From Spirochaetia bacterium (GTDB taxonomy: Bacteria > Spirochaetota > Spirochaetia > UBA9216): a stretch of 64,000 nucleotides of DNA. Of this stretch, positions 9,880-20,080 are shown piece by piece. The stretch is from contig CAXXYH010000004.1 in NCBI GenBank assembly GCA_963677925.2, positions 2,048,001 to 2,112,000 on the forward strand, given 5' to 3'. The notes under the pieces were generated by a model, which did not search any database, had not been told where the DNA came from, and saw only the letters and a list, made by a program, of their open reading frames with translations. Numbering within the stretch: the stretch's first letter is position 1; every line of letters starts with the position of its first letter. The position numbers and the translations under genes were made by a program.

Positions 9880-10041
9880 ACTATAAAAATAAGCTATAGA
9901 AATTGTACGGTCAACAGGGTTGGATAATTTTAGGAGTATGATGGGGTATAAGAGGTTTGGACTGAATATTTTTATCCCCGGTAAATAGAGCTTGTTTAAA
10001 ATCAATATATCGGTTATTTTTGAATATATTATAATGCATAT

Positions 10042-10611
10042 ATGGAGAACCGAATGCCTATTGATGAACCCAGATATTTTTCACCTGCCCAGTTCAACAG
10101 GATTCTTTTTGATATGGCCGGTATGGCTGTTAAGCATAAAAAGCAGCTGAAGCTCATTTCAAAGAAATTCCGATCGGATATTATGCTTGCAGTCACCTGG
10201 GTAAACGGCTGCAGAGTCTGCTCCTATTTTCATACACAGGTATTGCTGAAAGAAGGGGTAAGCTCAGCTGAACTTAAACCGCTTCTTGAGGGTACCTTCG
10301 GTGATTTTGATAGTGAAGAGACAACCGCTCTACTTTTTGCCCAGCATTACGCGGATACCGGCGGAAACTATGAAGCTGAGACCTTTAATCAGGTGAAAAA
10401 GCAGTACGGGGAAGAAAAGGCAATTGGAATTCTTGCTACAGTTAAGATGATAATGTTCGGTAATGTAAACGGCATCGCACTTGGTAACCTCTGGGATCGA
10501 ATAAGATTCAGGAAAGTGAAGTATGGTAAAATTCTTACGGATTTGTACAATGCTTTTTCGCCGGTGGTTTTATTGCCTGTATTTTTGGTGATCAGCGTGT
10601 TTCGAAAATAG
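10042..10611 (+). CDS. Carboxymuconolactone decarboxylase / AhpD-like protein
   Basis: IMLAVTWVNGCRVCSYFH (CxxC..H AhpD core). Confidence 0.8.
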   Translation: MENRMPIDEPRYFSPAQFNRILFDMAGMAVKHKKQLKLISKKFRSDIMLAVTWVNGCRVCSYFHTQVLLKEGVSSAELKPLLEGTFGDFDSEETTALLFAQHYADTGGNYEAETFNQVKKQYGEEKAIGILATVKMIMFGNVNGIALGNLWDRIRFRKVKYGKILTDLYNAFSPVVLLPVFLVISVFRK

Positions 10612-10739
10612 GCTGTATTCAGGGAAAGTCTGTCAGGACGAAAACCGGATTTATCTTCAATTATTATTTCGGGAAAAAAGTTAACTGTAATTTTTTACTC
10701 ATGTTATAATCCTCTCATATAAAGTTAGGGAGCGGTTTA

Positions 10740-12323
10740 ATGTTGAGGGTCGCGATAATTGATGATGAGATTTGGGTCTGCAGACTTATACAAAAATTAA
10801 TCGATTGGAACTCCCTGGAGCTGGAAATCTGCTTTGTGGAAAATGATGGAGTCAGCGGCCTTGAAAGAATAATAGATGAAAAACCTGATATAGTAATAAC
10901 CGATATCAGGATGCCGGATATGGACGGTATGCAGATGATCGAAGAGATGAGGAAAAAGAAAATTACATCGAAGATCATTATTATGAGCGGGTATCCTGAT
11001 TTTAATTATGCAGCCAGAGTATTAAAAAGCGGTGCATCAGAATATCTGCTGAAACCGATTGAAAAAAAACAGCTGAAAGCTGTGCTGCTTCGACTTGTTC
11101 AGGAAATAAATGCTGAAAAGAAGACTGAAGCAGACCTCTACAGGCACCAGAAAGATTCCGGCAGAATCCAGGATATGCTGGAACAATTGTTTATCAGAAG
11201 TCTAATCACTCAAAAAAAGATTGAAGAAAAGATTCTTGAAGTAGGCATTAAAAATATTTTCAACAACCCCGGCCATACCTGGTTCCGGATCCTGTTGGTT
11301 AAGGGGGTGAGTAGTGCAGACTATGATGTTGAAGTATTAAAATTTATATCTGAATATAAAAGTTTTCCTACCGATGAAGAAGTTAAAAGCTTTACCTTCT
11401 ATTTTTATAATTACAGGATTTTTCTTATAAATTATCCTGATAATTTTGAAAGCAATATTACTGAATTAATTTCAAATGAATATTTAAAGGTTAAATCTGA
11501 AAAATGCGCTGAAGCAGTATTCACTTACAGCTACAGGACAGCAAATATAGCTGATATCACTTCCTGCTTATTAACCTCTTTCCGGGGCTCTCAGCAGCAT
11601 TTGATATCAAAAGAATCAGAAAATAAATTATTTGCCGATGTACATGAGATTCCTGAATTAAAAGGCACAATCCCCAGGGAATTAAGTAAGATGCTTCTTT
11701 TGAATGTTGAAGCACTCAGTGTTGAAAATACTCTTTCAATAATTGGGCAGATGTATGATGTTCTTGAAAAAAAGGCCGAAAATGATGTTTACATCATTTT
11801 TGATAAATCGATCAAAATTTGTGATTATGTTCTAAGAAGTCTTAAATCCGGTTTTGAAGAAGATCTTGGTCTTGATATGAAATATGAAAAGGAATTTTTC
11901 CGCCGGCTGAGTAGATGCAGCAGCATTGTGAGCTTCAGAGAAACCGCATTGACATTTTTCGGCGAACTGATTGAAGAGTTTTACCAGCTTAGAAGAAATA
12001 AGAGCAGGAACCTTATTGAAAAGGCAAAAGATTATATATGTTTGAACTATGATAAACGGATTTCTCTAAATGATATTGCAGAATATCTATTTTTAAACCC
12101 TAAATATTTCAGCAATATATTTAAAAAAGAAACAGGTATAGGATTCTCGGAATATTTGAACACAACCAGACTGGATGTATCGAAGACTCTTTTAAAAGAT
12201 AATGTCTACAGTATAGGGCAGGTTGCAAGCAAGGTAGGCTTTTCTGATCCTAAGCACTTCAGTAAGGTGTTCAAAATGAAGACTGGTGTAACTCCGAATG
12301 AGTACCGTCAATTTCATGTTTAA
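10740..12323 (+). CDS. Two-component response regulator, YesN type (REC + AraC HTH)
   Basis: IIDDE, ITDIRMPDMDG, YLLKP; C-terminal LNPKYFSNIFKKETG .. VGFSDPKHFSKVFK .. GVTPNEYR. Confidence 0.9.
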   Translation: MLRVAIIDDEIWVCRLIQKLIDWNSLELEICFVENDGVSGLERIIDEKPDIVITDIRMPDMDGMQMIEEMRKKKITSKIIIMSGYPDFNYAARVLKSGASEYLLKPIEKKQLKAVLLRLVQEINAEKKTEADLYRHQKDSGRIQDMLEQLFIRSLITQKKIEEKILEVGIKNIFNNPGHTWFRILLVKGVSSADYDVEVLKFISEYKSFPTDEEVKSFTFYFYNYRIFLINYPDNFESNITELISNEYLKVKSEKCAEAVFTYSYRTANIADITSCLLTSFRGSQQHLISKESENKLFADVHEIPELKGTIPRELSKMLLLNVEALSVENTLSIIGQMYDVLEKKAENDVYIIFDKSIKICDYVLRSLKSGFEEDLGLDMKYEKEFFRRLSRCSSIVSFRETALTFFGELIEEFYQLRRNKSRNLIEKAKDYICLNYDKRISLNDIAEYLFLNPKYFSNIFKKETGIGFSEYLNTTRLDVSKTLLKDNVYSIGQVASKVGFSDPKHFSKVFKMKTGVTPNEYRQFHV

Positions 12324-12343
12324 CTAAGTCATGAGGAGCTATC

Positions 12344-13711
12344 TTGTCTTCGCTCAATAAAGAGGAAAGAAAATACAGAACATTATTTACACTCCAGATT
12401 ATAGGTATTCTTATTCTGTATATAACTGTTTCGATTCTGGTAAGTACTCAGATAGCCAGACGTCTGCACAGAGATAACATAGAAGTTGAGATGAATCTCG
12501 TTTTAAACCGGCTGAAATTACAATATCAGGAAGCCGGCTATGAAATGGATTTTCTTAGAACTCAGGAAATTCAGTTCGGGGAAAACAGGGAATATACTGC
12601 TGAGATCTATGTTATAAATGGAAAGAATATGAATATATCAGGTAATGTTCTTCCGTTTAATGCAGATAGACTGATGTATAATTCTGGAAATATAAAATCA
12701 GGAAGTTTCATTTATTACTATAAATATTTCAGCGATATAAGTATATTCTTTGTTCTGGAAGTCCCTTTCCGGTATGTATCAAATGTTGCCGGTGAAATAA
12801 TCAGCGGCCTGATAGCTATTAATATGATTATCTCAATATTGGTTTTTATCTTAATAATAGTATTAAAAAATGTATTTTATAATCCAATAATTAAAATTGA
12901 AAGATATATCGAAGAAATTATTGAAGACGGGCATAATCCCGGAGATGACTTAAGCCGGATAATAAGAACTCATCCGTTATCGAGCAGATTTGAGCAGGTA
13001 ATTGTAATGCTCAAGGAGCTTCTGGAAAGAGAATATAATGAAACAATATTAAGGAAGCAGACTGAACTTAATGTTCTGCAGAGTCAGATTAATCCTCATT
13101 TTTTATATAATACTCTTGATACAATAAGAGGACAGGCTCTCTGGGAAGGTATTGAATCTATAGCAGATATGACGGAAGCTCTGGCCAACTGTTTACGCTA
13201 CAGTATTAACACGGCAAGCGATATGGTGATGCTTGGTGAAGAACTTGATAATGTAAGAAATTATATAAAAATTCAGCAGACAAGATTCAGTGACAAGCTC
13301 AAATTTGAGATGGCTATCGATGAAGAAAATGATAAAAATATTCTAAGCTATAAAATACCGAAACTCACAATACAGCCTATTATTGAGAATGCGGTTTTTC
13401 ATGGTCTTGAGAAAAAGAAAAATATGGGCAGGGTGATGATTAAAGCCTTCGCCACTGATACAAGACTTTCAATTAATATTATCGATGATGGACTGGGTAT
13501 CCCCCGAAACAGATTGAAAATACTTAATAAAAACCTTTATCTTGGTCAGGCAAGTCCTGCTCAGACCCAGAACAGCAGTAAACAGAGTCTCGGATTATAT
13601 AATGTTAATCAAAGAATAAAGTTGTATTACGGTGACAATTTCGGTCTTAGAATAAAAAGTATTATCGATTCAGGTACTGATGTTGAGATTATCGTCCCTA
13701 TCATTAAATAG
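12344..13711 (+). CDS. Sensor histidine kinase, YesM type
   Basis: Two TM segments, LQSQINPHFLYNTL, IQPIIENAVFHG, DDGLG, GLYNVNQRIKLYYG. TTG start after GAGGAG. Confidence 0.9.
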   Translation: MSSLNKEERKYRTLFTLQIIGILILYITVSILVSTQIARRLHRDNIEVEMNLVLNRLKLQYQEAGYEMDFLRTQEIQFGENREYTAEIYVINGKNMNISGNVLPFNADRLMYNSGNIKSGSFIYYYKYFSDISIFFVLEVPFRYVSNVAGEIISGLIAINMIISILVFILIIVLKNVFYNPIIKIERYIEEIIEDGHNPGDDLSRIIRTHPLSSRFEQVIVMLKELLEREYNETILRKQTELNVLQSQINPHFLYNTLDTIRGQALWEGIESIADMTEALANCLRYSINTASDMVMLGEELDNVRNYIKIQQTRFSDKLKFEMAIDEENDKNILSYKIPKLTIQPIIENAVFHGLEKKKNMGRVMIKAFATDTRLSINIIDDGLGIPRNRLKILNKNLYLGQASPAQTQNSSKQSLGLYNVNQRIKLYYGDNFGLRIKSIIDSGTDVEIIVPIIK

Positions 13712-13834
13712 AAATTATTCAGTGCAATATGGATTTTTCCCACCAAAAATAGAAAATATCGCGTTGCGTGATTAATTTTGCAGGCATACAATTTTGTAAA
13801 TATTTAATTAATGGTTTAGATAGGAGGAATATTT

Positions 13835-14851
13835 ATGAAAAAAGGTATTAGTATTTTTCTGATATCAATGCTTGTTCTTATGTTCGCTGCATGCGGGCAG
13901 GAAGAAACTGTTACGGATAGCGGTAAAAGCGATGTGCTGACAGCGGAACCGGGTGAAAAATATTATATGGTAACGTTCGCTGCTGAACATCCGTACTGGG
14001 TGGATGTTCTTGATGGGTATTCAGATGCCCTTTCACTGTATGGTGCAGAGGTTGAATACACAGGAACTATCGGTGCTGACGTTGCTGAACAGGTCACATT
14101 AATCGAACAGATAATTACAAAACAGCCGGCAGGTATTGCAATTGCAGCAGCTAATGCAACTGGAATTGTACCTGTTATCGAAGAAGCTGTAAAAGCAGGA
14201 ATATCAGTTGTTAATTTTGATGCCGCCTCAGCTCCGGCAGAAGGTCTTTACGGTTTTATCGGAACCGGTAATTATCAGGCTGGTGTAGTTGCAGCTCATG
14301 AAATGGCAAATATTCTTGGTAAAAAAGGTAAATGCGGTGTTATAACTGTAATTGATACTGATTCAACCAGAAACAGAGGCCAGGGATTTATAGATACAAT
14401 TACAAATGATTATCCCAACATGGAGATAGTTCAGGTAGCTGACGGTGCATTTGATCAGCAGATAAGTGCTGAAGTTACATCTGCAATGCTGCAGAATCAT
14501 GCTGACATAAACGGAATCTTTACTTCTTTTGCTGCAGGCGGTGTAGGTGTTGCTACTGCTGTAGAAGAAAACGGTATGAAGGGTAAAATTAAAATTATAA
14601 GTTTTGATACCAATGCAGGTCTTCTCGATTTAATTAAGAACGGAGACATCTCAGGCACAATGGCACAGGGTACCTGGGTAATGGGATGGCAGGCTGGACA
14701 TCAGGCATACTGGCTGCACCATGATCTGCTCCAGCCTAAACCAAACTGGAAGGCAAATGGAATTGCTCCGCTTCCTGCTAATGTTGATACAGGAATCAGT
14801 TTTGTAACTGCTGAAACTGCAGATCTTTATTATCCTGCTGATTCAAAATAA
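13835..14851 (+). CDS. Sugar ABC transporter substrate-binding lipoprotein (RbsB-like fold)
   Basis: Lipobox MFAAC; HPYW, VVNFD, FIGTGNYQAG, RGQGF, IISFD, MAQ motifs; AGGAGG RBS. Confidence 0.9.
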   Translation: MKKGISIFLISMLVLMFAACGQEETVTDSGKSDVLTAEPGEKYYMVTFAAEHPYWVDVLDGYSDALSLYGAEVEYTGTIGADVAEQVTLIEQIITKQPAGIAIAAANATGIVPVIEEAVKAGISVVNFDAASAPAEGLYGFIGTGNYQAGVVAAHEMANILGKKGKCGVITVIDTDSTRNRGQGFIDTITNDYPNMEIVQVADGAFDQQISAEVTSAMLQNHADINGIFTSFAAGGVGVATAVEENGMKGKIKIISFDTNAGLLDLIKNGDISGTMAQGTWVMGWQAGHQAYWLHHDLLQPKPNWKANGIAPLPANVDTGISFVTAETADLYYPADSK

Positions 14852-14892
14852 GCAGAGGTCTTGAAATTAGTATCAATCAATATTGAATTGTT

Positions 14893-14919
14893 AAGCCTGG
14901 CCTGTGGGCTGGGCTTTTT
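14893..14919 (+). terminator. Stem-loop after the binding-protein gene (partial terminator or mRNA stabiliser)
   Basis: AAGCCTGGCC-TGTG-GGCTGGGCTT (with G-U pairs) followed by a T run. Confidence 0.55.
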
Positions 14920-14946
14920 ATTACTAAAAGATGAGAGGATCTTAAA

Positions 14947-16437
14947 TTGAATAGCGAGATTATCCTTAAAGTAGAGAATATTACTAAGAGTTTTCCCGGA
15001 ATGAAAGCTTTGGACAATGTACATATTGAGGTTAAGAAGGGAGAAGCTCTGGCTCTGGTCGGAGAAAACGGTGCAGGAAAATCAACACTCATGAATGTTA
15101 TTTCCGGAGTGCATAAAGAGGACAGTGGAACTATTTATTTTGAGGGGAAGGTTGTCAGTGTCAACAGTCCCAGAGAAGCTCAGGATTTGGGTATTGGATT
15201 TGTGCATCAGGAACTAAGTCTTTGCAATCACGTTTCGGTTGCAGAAAATATATTTATGTCCGGAAAAGCGTCCGGACTTGTTCTGAAGAGAAACGAAATT
15301 AATAAAAGAGCAGATGAGCTGTTAAAAATTTTTAATGTAAATTTCAAAGGGAATGAAATTGTCAGTAATTTAAATGTTGCCCAGCAGCAGATAGTTGAGA
15401 TAATAAAAGCCCTCAGTATTAATGCAAAACTTATAATATTTGATGAACCGACTGCATCTCTCACTGAAAATGAAATAGTAGAACTTTTTAAAATCATAAA
15501 AGAATTGAAAAAAAAGGGAATGGGTATCCTGTACATAAGTCACAGGTTATCTGAAATATTTGAAATTTGTGAAAATGTAACAGTATTAAAAGATGGTAAG
15601 TACGTTGATACATTTAAAACAGATTCTATTACTACAGAAAAAATTGTTAATTCGATGGTAGGGCGGGATATTGAAAATTTGTATCCGTATAAAGCTACCG
15701 ATATAGGAGAAACAATTTTTTCGGTTAGAAATATGTCCTCGGAGAAACGTTATAAAAACTGCAGTTTTGAGCTCAGGAATGGAGAGATTCTTACATTTTA
15801 CGGATTGGTAGGTTCCGGAAGGACTGAACTGATGCGGGGAATTTGCGGAATAGATAAAAGAGTTTCCGGTGAAATATTTCTGGATGGAAAAGCAATTAAT
15901 AATTCAAATTATATAGATTCCATAAAAAACGGGATCGTTTATATAACTGAAGATAGAAAGGATGAAGGTCTGTTTCTGAAAATGAGCATACAGCGGAATG
16001 TCTCAGTGATAGTCCTTAAAAAGATTCTAAAAGGAATTTTCTTAAATAAAAATATTGAGAGAAAGCTTTCTAGAGAATATATCAAAAAACTGAATGTGAA
16101 AGTAGCTGATGTCGAATTCTCTGTTGACTCGCTTTCCGGCGGGAATCAGCAGAAAGTAATGATTGGGAAATGGCTGGCCTCAGAACCCAGACTTATCATC
16201 ATGGATGAGCCTACGAGGGGTATTGATGTAGGAGCTAAGTTTGAGATTCACAGGATGATTAGGGGACTTGCTGAAGCAGGTATCGGCATTATTGTGATCA
16301 CTTCAGACTTGCCTGAGGCTATAGGATTAAGCGACAGAATTATTGTTATGAAAGAGGGCGGAATAAACGGTGAGATAAACAGTCCTGAAGATATGACTGA
16401 AGAAAATGTAATATCCTGGGCTTCACATACTGACTGA
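14947..16437 (+). CDS. Sugar ABC transporter ATP-binding protein (RbsA/MglA type)
   Basis: GENGAGKST, DEPTASL, ISHRL, EDRK, LSGGNQQKV, DEPTRGIDVGAK. Confidence 0.93.
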   Translation: MNSEIILKVENITKSFPGMKALDNVHIEVKKGEALALVGENGAGKSTLMNVISGVHKEDSGTIYFEGKVVSVNSPREAQDLGIGFVHQELSLCNHVSVAENIFMSGKASGLVLKRNEINKRADELLKIFNVNFKGNEIVSNLNVAQQQIVEIIKALSINAKLIIFDEPTASLTENEIVELFKIIKELKKKGMGILYISHRLSEIFEICENVTVLKDGKYVDTFKTDSITTEKIVNSMVGRDIENLYPYKATDIGETIFSVRNMSSEKRYKNCSFELRNGEILTFYGLVGSGRTELMRGICGIDKRVSGEIFLDGKAINNSNYIDSIKNGIVYITEDRKDEGLFLKMSIQRNVSVIVLKKILKGIFLNKNIERKLSREYIKKLNVKVADVEFSVDSLSGGNQQKVMIGKWLASEPRLIIMDEPTRGIDVGAKFEIHRMIRGLAEAGIGIIVITSDLPEAIGLSDRIIVMKEGGINGEINSPEDMTEENVISWASHTD

Positions 16438-16461
16438 TTGTAGATTCATGGAGGACAAAAA

Positions 16462-17427
16462 ATGCTGATTAAGAAAACTTATTTAACCAAAATAATGGAA
16501 TACAGAGAATTTAATATTCTTGCTCTTGTGCTGCTGGTAGGGATTATCTTAGGATTTGCAACCAGAAATTTTGCAACCAGCAGAAACTTTATGACTCTGG
16601 GGATCGGAATATCAGTAGATATAATTCTGGTTATAGGCATGACAATGGTTCTGGCTACAGGCGGAGTGGATCTGTCAGTCGGTGCTATTTTAGGAATTTC
16701 CTGTATGGCTGCCGGATATTTTCATGTGAATATGGGCATAAATATCTGGTTATCAAGTTTACTTGCAATATTTATAAGCGCGATTCTTGGAGCTATTAAT
16801 GGATTTATGATAGGTAAAGTCAAGATTACGCCCCTTATCGTGACCCTTGCAATGATGGGTATGGCCAGAGGATTAATTTATGTAGTTACCGAAGGCGCTA
16901 CAGTTGCATTAAAAAATCCGCCGAAGGTTTTTAAAATGCTTGGTAAAGGTGATCTGATGGGTATGCCTGTAATAATCATCATTGCGGTTGCTTTTATAAT
17001 TATCTTTGATATTGCCATGCGGAAAATGATGTGCTTCCGAAAAATGTACTATGTCGGAAGTAATGAAAAAGCGGCGGTTCTTTCGGGTGTTGATGTTTTT
17101 AAAATCAAGATGCTTACCTATATTCTAAATGCTGTGTTATGCGGTGTTGCCGGAGTTCTTACCCTGTCACGATTTACTGTAGCCACTCCGAAGGCCGGTC
17201 TCGGTGCGGAAATGAAAATCATATCAGCCTGTGTTATCGGAGGCTCAAGTTTGAGCGGAGGTGTTGGAACTATCCTTGGTTCAGTTGCAGGATTGATACT
17301 TCTATCTATTGTTAATAACGGTCTGATACTGCTTGATGTGTCAATTTACTGGCAGGATTTTATTAACGGAGCAATCTTACTGCTTGCAGTTACTATAGAT
17401 AAATTGAGCAGTATGGAAAGAGTATAG
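16462..17427 (+). CDS. Sugar ABC transporter permease (RbsC type)
   Basis: GGVDLSVG, IVTLA, VGSNEKAAVLSG, ACVIGGSSLSGG. Confidence 0.92.
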   Translation: MLIKKTYLTKIMEYREFNILALVLLVGIILGFATRNFATSRNFMTLGIGISVDIILVIGMTMVLATGGVDLSVGAILGISCMAAGYFHVNMGINIWLSSLLAIFISAILGAINGFMIGKVKITPLIVTLAMMGMARGLIYVVTEGATVALKNPPKVFKMLGKGDLMGMPVIIIIAVAFIIIFDIAMRKMMCFRKMYYVGSNEKAAVLSGVDVFKIKMLTYILNAVLCGVAGVLTLSRFTVATPKAGLGAEMKIISACVIGGSSLSGGVGTILGSVAGLILLSIVNNGLILLDVSIYWQDFINGAILLLAVTIDKLSSMERV

Positions 17428-17446
17428 GACGATGGAGGAGTAAGAT

Positions 17447-18436
17447 ATGGAACAGAGGAAAATCGGGAAATCTGATATTTATACTTCAGCTCTTTGTCTG
17501 GGTGCCTGGGCGATTGGTGGAGGTCCCTGGTGGGGTGATTCTGATGATATTCAGTCAATTAAAGCAATACAGGCTTCAATTGATTCAGGTATAAATTTTA
17601 TAGATACTGCCCCCGGGTATGAATGGGGACACAGCGAGGAAGTTGTGGGAAAGGCAATCAAGGGACGCAGGGACAAGGTTACAATTTCTACAAAATGCGG
17701 TCTCTGGTGGAAAACTGACGAGGGCCAGCCTCATTATGAACAGAAAGGAATCACAGTCCGCAGGTGTCTGAAACCTTCAACAATCAGGAAAGAGATTGAA
17801 GACAGTCTCCGCCGTATTGATACCGATTATATTGATCTTTATATAACTCACTGGCAGGAAAAGGGTGAAGATGCGACTCCAATAGCAGAAACTATGGATT
17901 TTCTGATGAACTTAAAAAAAGAAGGAAAGATTCGGGCCATAGGTGCATCAAATACATCAATAGAAGATATCCGTGAATATTCCAGTCATGGACAGCTTGA
18001 TGCGATTCAGGAACGTTATACCATGCTTGACCGGCATCTTGAACCTGAATACATCAAAGTCTGTGAAGAACTTGATATAAGTATAATGGGATATTCAACA
18101 ATTGAGCAGGGGCTTCTGACAGGCCGGATAACAATGGATACAGTGATTGATGAACAGTCATTCAAGAATATGCTCCCATGGTATAAAAGCGGAAATCGTA
18201 AAAAGGTTCTTGATTTGCTTGATAAATGGAAGCCGCTTTGTGAAAAATATGATGCCAGCCTTGCACAGCTTGTAATAGCCTGGACTGCCTCACAGAGAGG
18301 AATTACATTCCCGATTGTAGGAGCGAGAAAGGTGAAGCATGCAGAGGAAAATGCAGCATCATTGAAAATTGATTTATCCAGTGATGATTTAAAAAGAATG
18401 CGAAGCGATGTTGAAGGACTTGGAGAGCCGGAATAA
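17447..18436 (+). CDS. Aldo/keto reductase (AKR11 / YdjG-like)
   Basis: GAWAIGGGPWWG, DTAPGY, STKCG, DYIDLYITHWQ, GKIRAIGASN. Confidence 0.9.
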   Translation: MEQRKIGKSDIYTSALCLGAWAIGGGPWWGDSDDIQSIKAIQASIDSGINFIDTAPGYEWGHSEEVVGKAIKGRRDKVTISTKCGLWWKTDEGQPHYEQKGITVRRCLKPSTIRKEIEDSLRRIDTDYIDLYITHWQEKGEDATPIAETMDFLMNLKKEGKIRAIGASNTSIEDIREYSSHGQLDAIQERYTMLDRHLEPEYIKVCEELDISIMGYSTIEQGLLTGRITMDTVIDEQSFKNMLPWYKSGNRKKVLDLLDKWKPLCEKYDASLAQLVIAWTASQRGITFPIVGARKVKHAEENAASLKIDLSSDDLKRMRSDVEGLGEPE

Positions 18437-18480
18437 ATTCAGGTTCTGTTTTATTTCAAATAGCGAGGAGAAGGAGCGTA

Positions 18481-20049
18481 ATGGAAGAAGGAAAAAAATA
18501 TTTCATGGTTATAGATATTGGAACAGGCAGCGGGAGATCTGTGCTGTTTAATTCAGAAGGAATTATTGTCGCCTCGTCCCAGCAGGAGTGGCTGCCTGTA
18601 GCTGATCCGCGCTATCCGGGTTCTCAGGATTTTGACACTGAAACTGCGAGAAGAGTTCTGGCTTCGACTATCAAAGATGCAATCAGTAAATCCGGTATCG
18701 ATGCAGGGAATATTGCTGCTGTCACAGCAACTTCAATGCGTGAAGGGATGGTTCTGTATGATAAGGATAAAAACGTAATATGGGCCTGTTCGAATGTTGA
18801 TGCACGTGCTGATGAAGAAGCTGTCGAAATGTTGCAGGCCGGTCTGGCCCGGGACATTTATGATGAAGGAGGAGACTGGCTGAATATTATCAGTCCGGCA
18901 AGATTCTGGTGGATCCGGAAAAATGAACCGGAGGTCTACAGCAATGCCCGTTATGTTAATATGATAAGTGACTGGTATTTATTCATACTTTCCGGGCTCA
19001 TTGTAACCGATCCTACAATCGGGTCAAGTTCCGGAATATTTAATCTGAAAAGCAGAACCTGGTCAGAGAATATAATCTCAAATGCAGATCTCCCCAAAGA
19101 TATCTATCCTCCTGTGATCGAATCAGGACATGTGATAGGGGAATTAACTGTTTCAGCAGCTGAAGAAACAGGACTTGCCCCGGGTACAAAGATAGTAACC
19201 AGCGGCGCAGATACACAGATGGCTCTGGTCGGAGCCGGTGCTGTTACTCCGGGAACATATACAGTATGCGGAGGCACTTTCTGGCAGACTGCACTTACAA
19301 CAGATTATGCACTCTATGACCCTGAATACCGGTTAAGAACGCTTTGTCATGCAGTTCCCCAGCAGTGGATGACCGAGGGAATCGGTTTTTATCATGGTTT
19401 TGCAATGAGATGGGTGAGGGATGCTTTCTGTCAGGAGGAAAAAGAAGAAGCTAGGAAAACAGGGAAAAGCGCCTACAGCCTGATGGAATCACTGGCCTCC
19501 GGTATACCAGCAGGTTCAAACGGTGTGTATGCGACTTTTTCAAATATAATGAACTCAAAGAAATGGATTCATTCACCGCCTGCACTGGTTGGTTTTGATT
19601 TACTTGATCCTGATGCTACAGGAAAAGCCGCTGTAGTCCGTGCTGTAATGGAAAGCGCCGCATATGTTACCAGAGGTCACCTTGAGATACTTCAGGAAAT
19701 ATCAAAGATAAGCTGTGATAAAATTATAATGGTCGGCGGAGCTTCAAACGGAAATCTCTGGCCGCAGATAATTGCCGATACAACAGGGGTTCCTGTAATG
19801 CTTCCTGAAGTAAAGGAAACTACCGCCTTTGGAAGCTATATCTGCTGCAGAAAGGCTCTTGGCGATTATTCAACCTGGTCTGAAGCTACAGAGGACTCAG
19901 TCTTATGGGAAAGAACTGTAGAGCCCGATAAAAAGAATGTAGAATTATATAATCAGGCTTTTGATAAATGGAAATCGGTCTACCAGTACATGGTTAAAAT
20001 TTCCGAGGATAATGTTCTGCCTGCTTTATGGAAAGCTCCGGGGGTTTAA
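18481..20049 (+). CDS. lsrK: Autoinducer-2 kinase (FGGY family, LsrK-like)
   Basis: DIGTGSGR, PGSQDFD, TSMREGMVLYD, IWACSNVDARA, GGTFWQ and terminal LWKAPGV closely follow LsrK-specific segments. Confidence 0.8.
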   Translation: MEEGKKYFMVIDIGTGSGRSVLFNSEGIIVASSQQEWLPVADPRYPGSQDFDTETARRVLASTIKDAISKSGIDAGNIAAVTATSMREGMVLYDKDKNVIWACSNVDARADEEAVEMLQAGLARDIYDEGGDWLNIISPARFWWIRKNEPEVYSNARYVNMISDWYLFILSGLIVTDPTIGSSSGIFNLKSRTWSENIISNADLPKDIYPPVIESGHVIGELTVSAAEETGLAPGTKIVTSGADTQMALVGAGAVTPGTYTVCGGTFWQTALTTDYALYDPEYRLRTLCHAVPQQWMTEGIGFYHGFAMRWVRDAFCQEEKEEARKTGKSAYSLMESLASGIPAGSNGVYATFSNIMNSKKWIHSPPALVGFDLLDPDATGKAAVVRAVMESAAYVTRGHLEILQEISKISCDKIIMVGGASNGNLWPQIIADTTGVPVMLPEVKETTAFGSYICCRKALGDYSTWSEATEDSVLWERTVEPDKKNVELYNQAFDKWKSVYQYMVKISEDNVLPALWKAPGV

Positions 20050-20080
20050 CAATAATCGGGACACTAAACGGGAACGCGAA

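Noticed and set aside
9880-10005. N-terminal extensions given by the ORF track (also 6834, 36749, 53937, 61158)
   Set aside because: Homology starts later, and promoter or RBS signals sit at the downstream ATGs.
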